DNA of 64,000 nucleotides from an uncultured Bacteroidota bacterium (GCA_963779225.1 CAVZWW010000003.1:3359835-3423834); one strand, 5' to 3'. Shown: positions 1-10,568, counted from the stretch's first letter. Made by a program: numbers and translations. Notes: a model not told the origin generated them from the letters alone.

Positions 1-276
1 TCGTACGGCCTGACTGTCTGTGCGGAACGAACCGCGATTTTCAAAGCCATCTCCGAGGGGACCAAACACTTCACGGCCATCGCCATCGCCACCGATGAGG
101 ATGCATTCACTCCACCATGCGGCGCCTGCAGGCAGGTCATGATGGATCTCACGGGCGACATTGACGTGATCCTGACCAGGAAGAACGGTCACATAATGAA
201 GTTCAAGCTCGCCGAGCTTCTTCCTCACCCCTTCGGCGGGAAAAATCTGAAAAACGTGAAACGCACCACACGATGA
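1..276 (+). CDS. cdd: cytidine deaminase, 5'-truncated by window edge
   Basis: Frame-1 translation reads ...[14 protein letters not shown]...[14 protein letters not shown]..., the zinc-binding CAE and PCGxCRQ motifs of cytidine deaminase. The stop TGA at 274-276 overlaps the tdk ATG (ATGA). Confidence 0.8.
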   Translation, partial: SYGLTVCAERTAIFKAISEGTKHFTAIAIATDEDAFTPPCGACRQVMMDLTGDIDVILTRKNGHIMKFKLAELLPHPFGGKNLKNVKRTTR

Positions 277-848
277 CCATCCCCACGCAGCATGATTCAC
301 CGACAAAGGTAGGCTGGATCGAAGTTGTTGCAGGATGCATGTTTTCCGGGAAGACCGAGGAATTGATCCGCCGCCTCCGGCGGGCTCAAATCGGCAGGCT
401 GGAAGTTGCGATTTTCAAGCCCCGGATCGACACACGCTACAGCAAAGATCACATCGTCTCCCACAGCGAACTCAAAATCCCCTCTCAGGTGGTGGAGAGG
501 GCATCGGAGATCCTCTCTCTCGCAAAAGATGCACAGGTGGTGGGCATCGACGAAGCCCAGTTTTTCGACATGTCTCTGCTGGACGTTGTGGAACAACTGG
601 CGAACGACGGCAAGAGGGTTATCGTTGCCGGACTCGACCAGGATTATCTCGGAAAACCTTTCGAGCCGATCCCCCAGCTTCTTGCCATTGCCGAATACAT
701 CACGAAGACCCTTGCGATCTGTGTCGTCTGTGGCAACCCCGCAGACCGTACGCAACGCATCACCGGCGGGAGCGAGAGAGTGCAGGTGGGCGCAATGGAC
801 TCCTACGAAGCGCGTTGCAGGCGGTGCTTCCATCCTCCATCATCTTGA
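273..848 (+). CDS. tdk: thymidine kinase
   Basis: The 191-aa ORF has a P-loop [30 protein letters not shown] and a C-terminal zinc ribbon CVVCG...RC. It is translationally coupled to cdd. Confidence 0.9.
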   Translation: MTIPTQHDSPTKVGWIEVVAGCMFSGKTEELIRRLRRAQIGRLEVAIFKPRIDTRYSKDHIVSHSELKIPSQVVERASEILSLAKDAQVVGIDEAQFFDMSLLDVVEQLANDGKRVIVAGLDQDYLGKPFEPIPQLLAIAEYITKTLAICVVCGNPADRTQRITGGSERVQVGAMDSYEARCRRCFHPPSS

Positions 849-927
849 CAGGCTGACGACCGGACCGCAGTGTCTGCCACGGCCGTCAACTGTATGAACC
901 GACCATCTCACCAGTAGCGGGCTTTGC

Positions 928-2283
928 ATGTCCTTCCTCTCGACACTCCACGGTATTTTCGGCATAGGCGTCCTCCTGGGGATAGCGATGCTATTTTCGA
1001 ACAACCGGCGGGCGATCAACTGGCGTCTTGTGGCCTCGGGGTTTGGACTCCAGTTCGTGTTTGCCATTCTCATTCTCAAAGGCGGCGACCTGGCCCCGTC
1101 GTTCGCGCCGTTTGGCTGGCCGCGTCTGGCCTTTGAGTGGATCAGCTATGGTTTTGTCCGCATACTGGGGTTCACGACGGAAGGCGCAAAATTTGTTTTC
1201 GGCAACCTTGCAGTCGGTCCGGGCAACGAAGGAAACCTCGGTTTCTTCTTCGCATTCCAGGTACTTCCCACGATTATCTTCTTCGCCTCGCTGATGTCCA
1301 TCATGTACTATCTCGGCATCATGCAGCGCGTAGTGCAGGCAATGGCCTGGGTGATGGCGCGCGTGATGGGCACAAGCGGAGCGGAATCTCTTTCAAATAC
1401 AGCCAACATTTTTGTCGGACAGACCGAGGCGCCCCTGATGATCCGTCCGTTCCTCAAAGGCATGACGCAGTCAGAACTGCTGACCGTCATGGTCGGCGGG
1501 ATGTGTACGATTGCAGGTGGCGTGATGGCAGCGTACGTCCAGATGCTGGGTTATTCCTATGCACAGCGTTACGGCTTGCCGCTTGAGGCCGGACAGGCCA
1601 AATTCGCCGCACAGCTCCTCGGGGCCAGCCTGATGGCTGCGCCTGCCGGACTGGCAATCGCCAAAGTCATCTTTCCTGAAACCAGCGATCCAGAGACGAA
1701 AGGCACGGTGAAGATCAAGATTGAACGTAACGCCTCCAATGTCATAGAAGCGGCCGCAACCGGAGCATCAGACGGCCTTCAGCTGGCTTTGAATGTCGGG
1801 GGCATGCTCCTGGCTTTTATCGCAATCATCGCCCTGGTGAATTTCGTATTGAACGGGGCCGGGGACCTCACCGGACTCAACAGCTGGCTCCAGGCCACAT
1901 ACGGACAACCCCTTTCGCTTCAGCTCTTTCTCGGCTTCTGCCTGCAGTATCTCGCCTTTGCCATCGGTGTTCCCTGGGCGGACGCCCTTCAAGTGGGGTC
2001 GCTGATAGGCACGAAGATAGTGCTAAATGAGTTTGTAGGATACCTGGACTTATCCGCAATGATTACAGCAGGTAAGCTATCGACAGATAAAGCAGTTTAT
2101 ATGGCTACTTTTGCGCTGTGCGGTTTTGCCAATTTTTCGTCGATCGCCATTCAGATAGGTGGGATAGCTCCTCTGGCACCTGAAAGGCGCAAAGACCTCG
2201 CTGCTCTTGGACTGAAGGCCGTTCTCGGAGGTACGCTGGCAAACCTTTCCACTGCAACGATCGCAGGCATCTTCTTCGGATAA
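928..2283 (+). CDS. nupC: concentrative nucleoside transporter (NupC/CNT family)
   Basis: The 451-aa polytopic membrane ORF has NupC/CNT-like sequence, and the cdd-tdk-punA context supports the call. Confidence 0.85.
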   Translation: MSFLSTLHGIFGIGVLLGIAMLFSNNRRAINWRLVASGFGLQFVFAILILKGGDLAPSFAPFGWPRLAFEWISYGFVRILGFTTEGAKFVFGNLAVGPGNEGNLGFFFAFQVLPTIIFFASLMSIMYYLGIMQRVVQAMAWVMARVMGTSGAESLSNTANIFVGQTEAPLMIRPFLKGMTQSELLTVMVGGMCTIAGGVMAAYVQMLGYSYAQRYGLPLEAGQAKFAAQLLGASLMAAPAGLAIAKVIFPETSDPETKGTVKIKIERNASNVIEAAATGASDGLQLALNVGGMLLAFIAIIALVNFVLNGAGDLTGLNSWLQATYGQPLSLQLFLGFCLQYLAFAIGVPWADALQVGSLIGTKIVLNEFVGYLDLSAMITAGKLSTDKAVYMATFALCGFANFSSIAIQIGGIAPLAPERRKDLAALGLKAVLGGTLANLSTATIAGIFFG

Positions 2284-2290
2284 CTCCCCA

Positions 2291-3110
2291 ATGGCCGACG
2301 CCGCGAATATTGACCTGAGAGTTACCGAAGCCGTCTCATTCATACGGGAGCATGCCCCCCATGCTCCGTCGGTTGCCCTTGTGCTCGGATCGGGACTCGG
2401 CGGCTTCACGGACGAGCTTGAGCGGGACGCAGTGATCCCCGTCAGTGATATCCCCCACTACCCCCGTTCAACTGTGCAGGGCCACAAGGGAGAAATCGTC
2501 TTTGCACGACTTGGCAGCACCCGCCTTGTGGCCTTCCGCGGCAGGGTGCATTTCTATGAATCCGGCAGCCTGGATGTCATACTCTTCCCTATCCGGGTTG
2601 CCGCCGCTCTCGGGGCGAAGACCCTGATCGCCACAAATGCCGCCGGCGGCATCAATCGCACATTCGTCCCCGGCGATCTGATGCTCATAACAGACCAGAT
2701 AAATTTCACGGGGGAGGCCCTCCGGTCGACCGTGCAGCCACGCCTGATATCCTCCGGGTACTATGACCCGCAATACCTTGCCCTGGCAGCCCAAACGGCC
2801 GCCGGCCTGGGCGTTCCCGTAGTCCGGGGAGTCTACGCGGGGCTGAAGGGTCCCTTCGTACGAAACTGCCGCGGAAATTGAAATGCTCCACCGTCTGGGA
2901 GGTGATGCGGTGGGAATGTCGACGGTCATGGAAACCGCGCTTGCCGCTCAACTGGGCATGAAAGTGCTGGGGATTTCCTGCATTACCAACAAGGCAACAG
3001 GCACGAGCCCGGCAAAACTCAGCCACGCCGAAGTCACACGTGTGGCCGACCAGGTGCGCGACCATTTCGCGCGCTTGCTCAAGCAGATCATCCTCGCGCT
3101 GCCATCCTGA
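2291..3110 (+). pseudogene. punA: purine nucleoside phosphorylase (PunA/DeoD family 2) interrupted by a +1 frameshift near 2855
   Basis: ORF 2291..2881 ends ...VYAGLKGPFVRNCRGN*. In the +1 frame the same DNA reads [26 protein letters not shown] and continues as ORF 2883..3110. That is the conserved PNP core GPS(Y/F)ETPAE...[12 protein letters not shown]. One extra T in cccTtcg breaks the frame. Confidence 0.7.
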
Positions 3111-3256
3111 GGCATGACGCCAAATCCCCGCACTTCAGCGGCCCGCCTTTGGCGGTGGCGGCACTCGAACGTTGGACACCACCCCAGGAGGCAATGAATC
3201 GTGGGAGCGTATCATGACCCTGAAGGCCGAACCCTTCGCTCGTGCTGACATGCTCG

Positions 3257-4159
3257 TCAGGAGACGATGCGATCGAGCACCATCAGGATGAGGATGACGG
3301 AGAGGTAGAGGAGAGAGCCCATAAAAACGTGCCGCGCTGAAGCAACACCGCGGTCACGAAGAAATCGAAACGACGGCACGAGAAAGCCGAGCCCCGCAAG
3401 AATCCCGCCGTACAGAAAGACCATCCCCATCATTCCGCTTGCGGTCAGCAGTATCGACGCGGGAATCAACGCCGCCGTGTATAACACAACCAGCCGGCTG
3501 GTTGTCACGCCCGAGTGGTCAAACACGGGCAGGAGGCGGTACCCCCCGCGCGCGTAATCTTCGCGGTACATCCAGGCCAGCGAGAGGAAGTGCGGCATCT
3601 GCCAGAGGTACAGGAGCAGGAAGAGAATGTAGGCTTCAATCGTAATCGCCCCGCGCACCGCCACCCAGCCGATCACCGGGGGGAGAGCCCCCGGCACACC
3701 GCCCACCGCGGTAGCCAGATGAGAAAACCGCTTCAACGGTGTATACACCGCTACATACGTCACCGCCGTGATCATCGCCAGCGCCGCCGCCAGTCCGTTG
3801 GTCGTCGCAGCCAGCACGATCACGCCCGCCGACACCATTCCCAGGCCGAGCAGTAGCGCAAGGGAGGGAGAAACATGTCCCGCGGGCAGAGGACGGCGTT
3901 CGGTCCGTTTCATCCGCGCGTCATGGGCGCGTTCAAGAAACTGATTGAGCGCGACAGCTCCCCCGCCTACCAGAAACGTGCCGATGACGGTAAAGAGGAT
4001 GCGGGAGTAGGAGGCGTCACTCCCCCCGGCCAGGTATGCCCCGCCGGCAGCAGTGCACACCGACATGACGGTGAGACCCGGTTTTGTCAGGGCGAACAGG
4101 TACTCCGCCCGCACCGGGAGGGATGCAGCCAGCCCTGCGGGCGGCATATTCGGTTGCAT
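3257..4159 (-). CDS. ctaB: protoheme IX farnesyltransferase (heme O synthase)
   Basis: UbiA-family polytopic membrane protein, similar to CyoE/CtaB. It is the last gene of the cox operon. The likely start is the internal MQPNMPP. The called ORF extends upstream with a GTG start. Confidence 0.8.
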   Translation of the reverse strand: MQPNMPPAGLAASLPVRAEYLFALTKPGLTVMSVCTAAGGAYLAGGSDASYSRILFTVIGTFLVGGGAVALNQFLERAHDARMKRTERRPLPAGHVSPSLALLLGLGMVSAGVIVLAATTNGLAAALAMITAVTYVAVYTPLKRFSHLATAVGGVPGALPPVIGWVAVRGAITIEAYILFLLLYLWQMPHFLSLAWMYREDYARGGYRLLPVFDHSGVTTSRLVVLYTAALIPASILLTASGMMGMVFLYGGILAGLGFLVPSFRFLRDRGVASARHVFMGSLLYLSVILILMVLDRIVS

Positions 4160-4170
4160 CGGTTCTCCCC

Positions 4171-5523
4171 TCAGGATCCCTTCACTCCCGCTTTCTTCAA
4201 CAGATATGATGCGATGGAGTCGGCCTCGGCCGGCTTCAGCCCCTGCGAGGGCATGTTGGGATATGCCGGGTCCACCTTGACCGGGTTCAAAATGAATGCC
4301 ACAAGTGAGGCCTTTTTCCCCGCATACTTGGGCAGAACTTGCTGATACGGCGGTCCGACCTTCTTCTGGTCGAAGAGATGACAGGCCGAACACTTTGCAT
4401 TGTAGATATCCTCACCCGACATCGCTTTCGTGGCGATCCCGAGGGATGATTTGAGATCAGCCTCGGCCCTGTCAAACGCGTTCGCGAGCACCACAGCGTG
4501 GTCCCGTGTTGCGGTATGGATCGCAACCTGATCCTTGGTCACCAGTGCGATCAGGGCGAGCACAAGCGTGGCAAAGACAACCGCAGGATAGAGTGCGCGA
4601 AACCGCGTGACCACGGCATACGTGAATTGCAGTGAGGCCAGGAGGAGGAGAATCGCGATGCCGGCGAGCGCATACACCCAGCCCGTCAGCGCAACAGACG
4701 GCAGTGTGGCCACCTGCAGCACAACGAGTAAGGGCAGCACCAGGAGCGCAACGGTGAGCATGCGCACGGCAAGCGTGCGGATCATCAACCCGTACTCGCT
4801 GCCGGGATCCGCCATGTGCCGGTCGGGATCCAGAAGAAAGAACAGCATACCCGCCCCGCACATACCGGCTGCGGCCCCTGCCAGGATGAAAAACTGCAGC
4901 CAGACCGCGCCACTCAGAACAACATCCAGCAGCGAGCCGACGGTCCGCCACTGTGCAGGGTTCACGGCTATGGCCATGGCGCCCATCAACAGGAACGCGC
5001 TGAGCAGAAGGAAGACCATCCCGTAGCGTCCCGCCTGTTGATGCGACAGAAGGGTTGACTTTTCAAATTGCGTGACGCTTTCCTGCTCGGGCCGTTGTTC
5101 CAGCGCCGGTCCCAGCGAATGAAAGAGACCTTCAAGTTCAAACGTATAGCGATAGCCGAAGAGTGCCACACCGGCGGCTGTCAGAAAGAGGACCCCGAGC
5201 GCCGCCAGCCCGGTGGCAATCGCGGGAGTCGCCTGCAGGACCTGCGCATACACAAACACCATTGACAGGGCCGGGAGAAGAGCCAGAAACATGAAGACCG
5301 TCTTCGATGGCAGCACCGTTTCCACGAGGTCCCGTGCGAGGCGAAGGCCATGCGTCCCGTGTCCGGCCCGGGCCCGCCGTTCCGCCAGCAGTGCCATGGA
5401 CAGGGATCCGAGGAGGAGTGCGATATAGGGCAGCAACAGAGCCCCCACCAGGTTGAAGATGAAAAGCAACAGGTGGAAATGTCCGGTCGATTGCGGCAGA
5501 GCGATGTTATTCAGGACGTCCAT
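4171..5523 (-). CDS. polytopic membrane protein with a C-terminal class I cytochrome c domain (CSACH)
   Basis: About 9 predicted TM helices, then a soluble C-terminus ...YNAKCSACHLFDQKKVGPPY...NMPSQGLKPAEADSIASYLL (CxxCH plus a distal Met). It sits between coxII and ctaB. The start is taken at the internal MDVLNN. Confidence 0.5.
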   Translation of the reverse strand: MDVLNNIALPQSTGHFHLLLFIFNLVGALLLPYIALLLGSLSMALLAERRARAGHGTHGLRLARDLVETVLPSKTVFMFLALLPALSMVFVYAQVLQATPAIATGLAALGVLFLTAAGVALFGYRYTFELEGLFHSLGPALEQRPEQESVTQFEKSTLLSHQQAGRYGMVFLLLSAFLLMGAMAIAVNPAQWRTVGSLLDVVLSGAVWLQFFILAGAAAGMCGAGMLFFLLDPDRHMADPGSEYGLMIRTLAVRMLTVALLVLPLLVVLQVATLPSVALTGWVYALAGIAILLLLASLQFTYAVVTRFRALYPAVVFATLVLALIALVTKDQVAIHTATRDHAVVLANAFDRAEADLKSSLGIATKAMSGEDIYNAKCSACHLFDQKKVGPPYQQVLPKYAGKKASLVAFILNPVKVDPAYPNMPSQGLKPAEADSIASYLLKKAGVKGS

Positions 5524-5536
5524 GGGTACTTTGATC

Positions 5537-6199
5537 CTATTTCCTGTCTGAAGTCGCCACCCGCACCAGCGGCTCGTAGGGCTTGCCTGCCTTCTCCGAC
5601 ACGCTCCGGTACCACTCTTCAAACTGCCCCGCGTCGAGTGCAACGAGGCGCGTATACATATACGCATGACGCAAACCGCAATATTCCGCACACGCGATAT
5701 CGAAGGATTTGGCCTCCGGCGTGCTGAACCACATCACATTCTCCCGGTTCGGGATGACATCTTTCTTGATGCGAAAAGCCGGAATATACATCGAATGATT
5801 CACATCCATCGAACGGAGCATCAGTTTCACCGGCTTCTGCACGGGGACCACGAGCGTGTCGGTCACGACGCCGTTGGGATACTCAAAGGACCAGGACCAC
5901 ATGCGTGCCGTCACCCGGATGGGAATCGCGTCGGGGGGAACCTCCGACATCTGCGAGTACCCTTCCCAACCCATGTAGAACATGCCCATGAAGAGCACAA
6001 GCGGAATGGCCGTCCAGGCAATCTCCAGGGTGAGATTCCCTTCGATGTTGGTCGGATGCGGGTTCCGTTTGCGGCTGTACCGGATCACGAAGTACAGCAT
6101 CGTTGCGACGAGCCCGATCAGGACCAGAGCCGAGATCCCGACAATCGTCAGGAACGTCGTATCGACGTAGTTAGCGAAGGGTGACGAGCCTGTGAACAT
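5537..6199 (-). CDS. coxB: cytochrome c oxidase subunit II (CuA centre, no cytochrome c domain)
   Basis: MWSWSFEYP, DVNHSMYIP and CAEYCGLRHAYM make up the CuA ligand set H, CxExCGxxHxxM. Two N-terminal TM helices. Confidence 0.85.
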   Translation of the reverse strand: MFTGSSPFANYVDTTFLTIVGISALVLIGLVATMLYFVIRYSRKRNPHPTNIEGNLTLEIAWTAIPLVLFMGMFYMGWEGYSQMSEVPPDAIPIRVTARMWSWSFEYPNGVVTDTLVVPVQKPVKLMLRSMDVNHSMYIPAFRIKKDVIPNRENVMWFSTPEAKSFDIACAEYCGLRHAYMYTRLVALDAGQFEEWYRSVSEKAGKPYEPLVRVATSDRK

Positions 6200-6226
6200 G
6201 GTCTGTCTCTCCGGCGCTGCCGGTGA

Positions 6227-6532
6227 TCAATGAAAAGCGTAATCGAAGAATGTGAGCACGAAAAAGATTACCAATGTGGCAAGTGCCACCAGCGAGAACC
6301 AGCGGAACACGCGGTCCTCGAATTTCAGGTGCATGAAGATGTTCAGGACCAGCAGACTCTTGATGGAAGCGATCACCAGCGCCGTCACAATCACCCAGTG
6401 ACCCATCTGGATTCCCGCGAGCGATACCGTGAGGGCGGTCAGCCCGAGAAGGCCGATCCAGATGAGCAGGTACTGCGCGTACGTGACGCGGTGACCCGTG
6501 TTGCTGTCGTGTTGTTCCTGTTCGTGGTGCAT
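6227..6532 (-). CDS. cytochrome c oxidase subunit IV (caa3-type small subunit)
   Basis: 101-aa protein with 3 TM helices, placed directly after coxIII, as for caa3 subunit IV proteins. Confidence 0.6.
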   Translation of the reverse strand: MHHEQEQHDSNTGHRVTYAQYLLIWIGLLGLTALTVSLAGIQMGHWVIVTALVIASIKSLLVLNIFMHLKFEDRVFRWFSLVALATLVIFFVLTFFDYAFH

Positions 6533-6541
6533 GGCGTCCGT

Positions 6542-7174
6542 TCAGTGTAACAAATAGAAGAGCGGGAAAAGGAATATCCAGATGATGTCCACAAGATGCC
6601 AGTACAGTGCGCCCGATTCAAGCCGGACAGAGGACGTCTGGTGGACCGTGCCGCGGGCCATGGCCCACACCATATACGCCAGCACTCCCATCCCGATGAT
6701 GACGTGCAGAGCATGCAGGCCCGTCATGACGAAATACAGTCCGAAGTACAGGATCACACCCGACGGCTGGCTCAGGAGTTCGGGTGATCCGGGGTAAATA
6801 CCCACGTCAAACTTATGTCCCCATTCGAAGTACTTGTTCACAAGAAAGGAGAGCGCGAGAATCAGTGTCAGATTCACCAGGAGAATCGCCATCCCCTTCC
6901 GTCCCTCCTGCAGGGCCGTGATGGACATCGCCACGGTCAGGCTGCTCGTCAGCAGGATGATCGTGTTCACCGTGCCGACAAACACATCCAGTTCCTGTGC
7001 GGCCAGATGGAATTCGTCCGGATGGGCGAAGCGGTACACGGCATACACAATGAAGAGACCGCCGAACAGAATCAGCTCGGTAAACAGGAACAGCCACATC
7101 CCCATCCGCGATCCCACATCGTCGCGGTGTGCGTGGCCTTCCGTGGTGGATGCTTCAGCCTTGGCGATGCTCAC
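6542..7174 (-). CDS. coxC: cytochrome c oxidase subunit III
   Basis: 210 aa with a C-terminal ...HLVDIIWIFLFPLFYLLH typical of CoxIII. ATGA overlap with the coxI stop. Confidence 0.85.
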   Translation of the reverse strand: MSIAKAEASTTEGHAHRDDVGSRMGMWLFLFTELILFGGLFIVYAVYRFAHPDEFHLAAQELDVFVGTVNTIILLTSSLTVAMSITALQEGRKGMAILLVNLTLILALSFLVNKYFEWGHKFDVGIYPGSPELLSQPSGVILYFGLYFVMTGLHALHVIIGMGVLAYMVWAMARGTVHQTSSVRLESGALYWHLVDIIWIFLFPLFYLLH

Positions 7175-8817
7175 GATTTCTCCGGAACGGGTTGCTCGTA
7201 TTCGGCGTAATTATAGGGGCCTTCGGTGACAACCGGTATCTCGTGGAAATTCTCCGTGGGCGGCGGTGACGACACCTGCCATTCCAGCGTGCGCCCCCCC
7301 CAGGGATTTGGCGGAGCCGGGGCGCCCCGCTTCAGGGAGACCAGAAGGTTCACGATAAGCACGAGAATCCCCGTCACCAGAATCCACGATCCGACCGTCG
7401 CAATCACATGATAGGTCTGATACTCCGGCAGATAGTCGTAATACCGGCGAGGCATCCCGAAGTATCCAAGGAAGAAGAACGGGAAGTACATCACGTTGAA
7501 ACCGACGGTGGTGAGAACCCAGGCGATCACCGCGGGTTTTTTCGCGTACATGCGGCCGAACATCTTCGGGAACCAGTAGTGCATGGCGGCAAACAGCCCG
7601 AATCCCGTGCCACCGAACATCACATAATGGAAATGGCCCACGACGAAATACGTGTCCTGTACGTGGACGTTGACCGCCAGCGCGCCGAGCATCAGCCCGG
7701 TGAATCCCCCGATGGAAAACTGCACGATGAACGAAAGAACAAAAAGAAGGGGCGGCTCGAGCACGATCGACCCTTTGTACAGCGTTGCCACCCAGTTGAA
7801 GATTTTGATCGCGCTCGGAATGGAAACGAGAAACGTCAGCAGCGAAAAGACGAACACGGCGGTGTTGCTCATCCCCACCGTGAACATGTGGTGTGCCCAG
7901 ACAAGCGAGCCGAAGAAGGCGATGGCGACACTGGAGAAGGCGATGAATTTGTACCCGAAGATGGTGCGCCGCGCAAAGACGGGAATGATTTCAGACACGA
8001 TGCCCAGTCCGGGCAGGATCATGATGTAGACGGCCGGATGGGAGTAGATCCAGAAAAGATGTTGATACAGGACGGGATCTCCGCCCAGTGACGGATCGAA
8101 TATGCCGACGCCGAACCAGCGTTCGATGGCGACCAGGAGCAGCGTGATACCGATAATAGGTGTCGCCAGGACCTGTATCCATGCGGTGGAATAGAGCGAC
8201 CAGACGAACAGCGGCATTCTGAACCATGACATGCCCGGGGCGCGCATCCGGTGAATCGTCGTAACGAAGTTCAACCCGGTGAGAATCGAAGAAAAACCCA
8301 GGATAAACGCAGCCATCAGAGCCGGCAGGACATTGGTGCTTGTGCGCACGCTGTAGGGCACGTAGAAAGTCCACCCCGTATCTGCCGCGCCGCCCGGGAG
8401 AAACACGGAGACCAGTGCCAGCAGTCCCCCCGTCAGGAAGAGCCACCAGGAGAGGAGGTTCAGCCGGGGGAAAAAGACATCTTTTGCGCCGATGAGCAGC
8501 GGGAGCATGAAGTTGCCGAAGACCGCCGGGAGCCCGGGGATGATGAACAGGAAGATCATCATGATCCCGTGGAGCGTAAACATGGTGTTATACGTCTGGG
8601 GTTCCATGATCGTCCTCCCCGGCGTCAGCATCTCGAGCCGCATGAGAACCCCGATGGTCACGGCCGTCAGGAAGAACACCATCATGGTCCCGAAGTAGAG
8701 CAGACCGATGCGTTTGTGGTCCGTGCTGAGGATCCACCCGCGCACCCCCGTGTACTTCCCTTTTTCGGCGTAGAACCCGCGTGTGACCTCTTGTGCGGTC
8801 ACGGCGTTATGTGCCAT
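7171..8817 (-). CDS. ctaD: cytochrome c oxidase subunit I
   Basis: 548 aa with 12 TM helices and canonical heme-copper oxidase motifs (WFFGHPEVY-like, HHMF, and the H ligands of heme a/a3-CuB). Confidence 0.95.
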   Translation of the reverse strand: MAHNAVTAQEVTRGFYAEKGKYTGVRGWILSTDHKRIGLLYFGTMMVFFLTAVTIGVLMRLEMLTPGRTIMEPQTYNTMFTLHGIMMIFLFIIPGLPAVFGNFMLPLLIGAKDVFFPRLNLLSWWLFLTGGLLALVSVFLPGGAADTGWTFYVPYSVRTSTNVLPALMAAFILGFSSILTGLNFVTTIHRMRAPGMSWFRMPLFVWSLYSTAWIQVLATPIIGITLLLVAIERWFGVGIFDPSLGGDPVLYQHLFWIYSHPAVYIMILPGLGIVSEIIPVFARRTIFGYKFIAFSSVAIAFFGSLVWAHHMFTVGMSNTAVFVFSLLTFLVSIPSAIKIFNWVATLYKGSIVLEPPLLFVLSFIVQFSIGGFTGLMLGALAVNVHVQDTYFVVGHFHYVMFGGTGFGLFAAMHYWFPKMFGRMYAKKPAVIAWVLTTVGFNVMYFPFFFLGYFGMPRRYYDYLPEYQTYHVIATVGSWILVTGILVLIVNLLVSLKRGAPAPPNPWGGRTLEWQVSSPPPTENFHEIPVVTEGPYNYAEYEQPVPEKS

Positions 8818-9616
8818 GTGTTGGCTGCCTTTCCGTTGTCTTCTTCTTCGGGCGTATCAGAATCACCAACACGAACACGCCCACGAGTCCGAGCACCACG
8901 AGACCTGCCACCCGGGTTACGTTGAGCGCGTAGGTGTTCCGATCCGGATCGTATCGAAAACAGAACTTCACAAGCTTCGCTATCGTCGGTCCTGTGCGTC
9001 CCTCTGACGCTTCCACAACCGCCATCTTGATGTCGAACGGCAGATACTGTATGCCGTTGATGTACCGTGTGACTTTCCCTTCGGGAGAAACCACAATCAG
9101 CGCCCCGGCATGAATCCACTGGTTACCATCGGCCATGAAATAGAACCCCGCAGCATCCGTCAAACGGTGAATACTTGCGCTGTCTCCGGTAAAGAACCGC
9201 CACCCTGCCGGATCAATCGGCCTCTTCAGGATGCTGAGATAGCTTTCCTTTTTCTGTGCGCCCATGGGGGGCTTTTCATGGTGGTCGAAGCTGATCGTCA
9301 CCACCTGGTAGTCCTTGCCGATTTCCAGATCCATCTGGTCGATCATTCTTGACAGCTCCGTCAGGAGCGGGCTGCAGATACTCGTGCAGCGGAAATAGAC
9401 AAAGGTCACGATGGTGGGCTTGTTGATCACGCGGGACATCGGCGTGAGGTATCCCTGTTCGTCATAGAGCTCGACATCCAGCGGAAGGGTGTCGCCGAGT
9501 TTTTCGACGATGCCCACCGGAGGCTGTTGCTCCTCAGCCGCCGTTGCGTGGTCCTGCGCCGCCAGCGCGAGGGCGAGGGCGAGGAACAGTAACCAACCTG
9601 ATGCGAGCCGGTTCAT
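8807..9616 (-). CDS. SCO1/SenC copper chaperone (thioredoxin fold)
   Basis: Signal/TM segment at the N-terminus, the CTSICSPL (CxxxC) copper-binding motif, a downstream conserved His and a C-terminal TM anchor. Start taken at the internal MNRLAS. ATGA overlap with the upstream cytochrome c stop. Confidence 0.8.
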   Translation of the reverse strand: MNRLASGWLLFLALALALAAQDHATAAEEQQPPVGIVEKLGDTLPLDVELYDEQGYLTPMSRVINKPTIVTFVYFRCTSICSPLLTELSRMIDQMDLEIGKDYQVVTISFDHHEKPPMGAQKKESYLSILKRPIDPAGWRFFTGDSASIHRLTDAAGFYFMADGNQWIHAGALIVVSPEGKVTRYINGIQYLPFDIKMAVVEASEGRTGPTIAKLVKFCFRYDPDRNTYALNVTRVAGLVVLGLVGVFVLVILIRPKKKTTERQPTHGT

Positions 9617-10551
9617 AGGCCTCCCCTGAGTACGTACTGGTGGAGAATGACCCATTCGTCCGCCCGGAACCGGGTCACCGAAGGCTTGAGTCCGAGCATG
9701 CCCGGATCTACAGACACACGCCGGATGAACTGGTCGACGGTGCCGGTTGACGGCGCGACGGAACGCAGGCTTGTGACCGCCTTCGTCGGATCGGCCATTA
9801 CACGGCGCAGCAGCAGAGCGCCCGGGGTTATGTCGTCAGCCATGATGCGCGAGACCGTTGCAGAAACGGCCTGGATGCGCGGTTCTCCTTCCTTTTCAAC
9901 CCGTTGCATCGCGGTGCGTATCGGAATCTGCGCCGGGATGCTGCTCCCCTTCGAGAGCTGATAGGTCGTTTCGAGCATCAGGATATCCGCTTCCGCGTCC
10001 GCCGGCGGGGCGGGAAGGAATGAGCGGACGTAATGAATGAGAGCAAACCGGTCGCCGGGAGGAAGGTAATTGTAGGAAGCCATCCCGTTGCGTATGATCC
10101 CCTCCTGCAGCGTGCGGTAGATCTCCGTGATTCGCGCCCCGTTTGTCCATCCGGTTGCCACATGAAAATTCCGGGGTTTCGGATTCAGCATAAGGCCTGC
10201 CGGGCCGTCCCCCTGTCCGTTTTCCCCATGGCAGGACGCGCAATTGGCGCGGAACAGTTCCCGCCCTGCGCGCAGGAGCGAATCCGTGGGCACTGCGGCG
10301 CGGCGCACATCCACGGGTGGCAGTACGCTCGATGCCTGCAGGGGTATGTCCTGCACAAACGCGGAGGAGTCCTTCAGGGCAACAGGCATAACGGCGTTCT
10401 TCCCTATGTCCGTGAGATGCCAGGCATAGAGGATGCCGAGGCCCAGGAGAACCAGAAGGAAGTACACGTACGAATACCCGAACAGCCTGTGCGGCGTGCG
10501 CAGCAGTTCCTGCCAATCGATTTCATCCTTGTACCGCGGAGTGCGATCCAT
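9613..10551 (-). CDS. membrane-anchored monoheme cytochrome c
   Basis: N-terminal TM helix, then a single CASCHG heme site. It sits between actF and the SCO gene and is a candidate electron carrier between ACIII and the oxidase. Confidence 0.7.
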   Translation of the reverse strand: MDRTPRYKDEIDWQELLRTPHRLFGYSYVYFLLVLLGLGILYAWHLTDIGKNAVMPVALKDSSAFVQDIPLQASSVLPPVDVRRAAVPTDSLLRAGRELFRANCASCHGENGQGDGPAGLMLNPKPRNFHVATGWTNGARITEIYRTLQEGIIRNGMASYNYLPPGDRFALIHYVRSFLPAPPADAEADILMLETTYQLSKGSSIPAQIPIRTAMQRVEKEGEPRIQAVSATVSRIMADDITPGALLLRRVMADPTKAVTSLRSVAPSTGTVDQFIRRVSVDPGMLGLKPSVTRFRADEWVILHQYVLRGGL

Positions 10552-10568
10552 GCCACGTCCTTAAGTGA

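Noticed and set aside
2850-2885. Programmed +1 ribosomal frameshift in punA
   Set aside because: There is no slippery heptamer, no rare or stop codon at the shift site, and no downstream stimulatory structure. A simple indel, either a pseudogene or a sequencing error, explains it better.
3111-3256. Terminator between convergent punA and ctaB
   Set aside because: Only imperfect short stems (ccgcc..ggcgg) and no U-run. It is not convincing.
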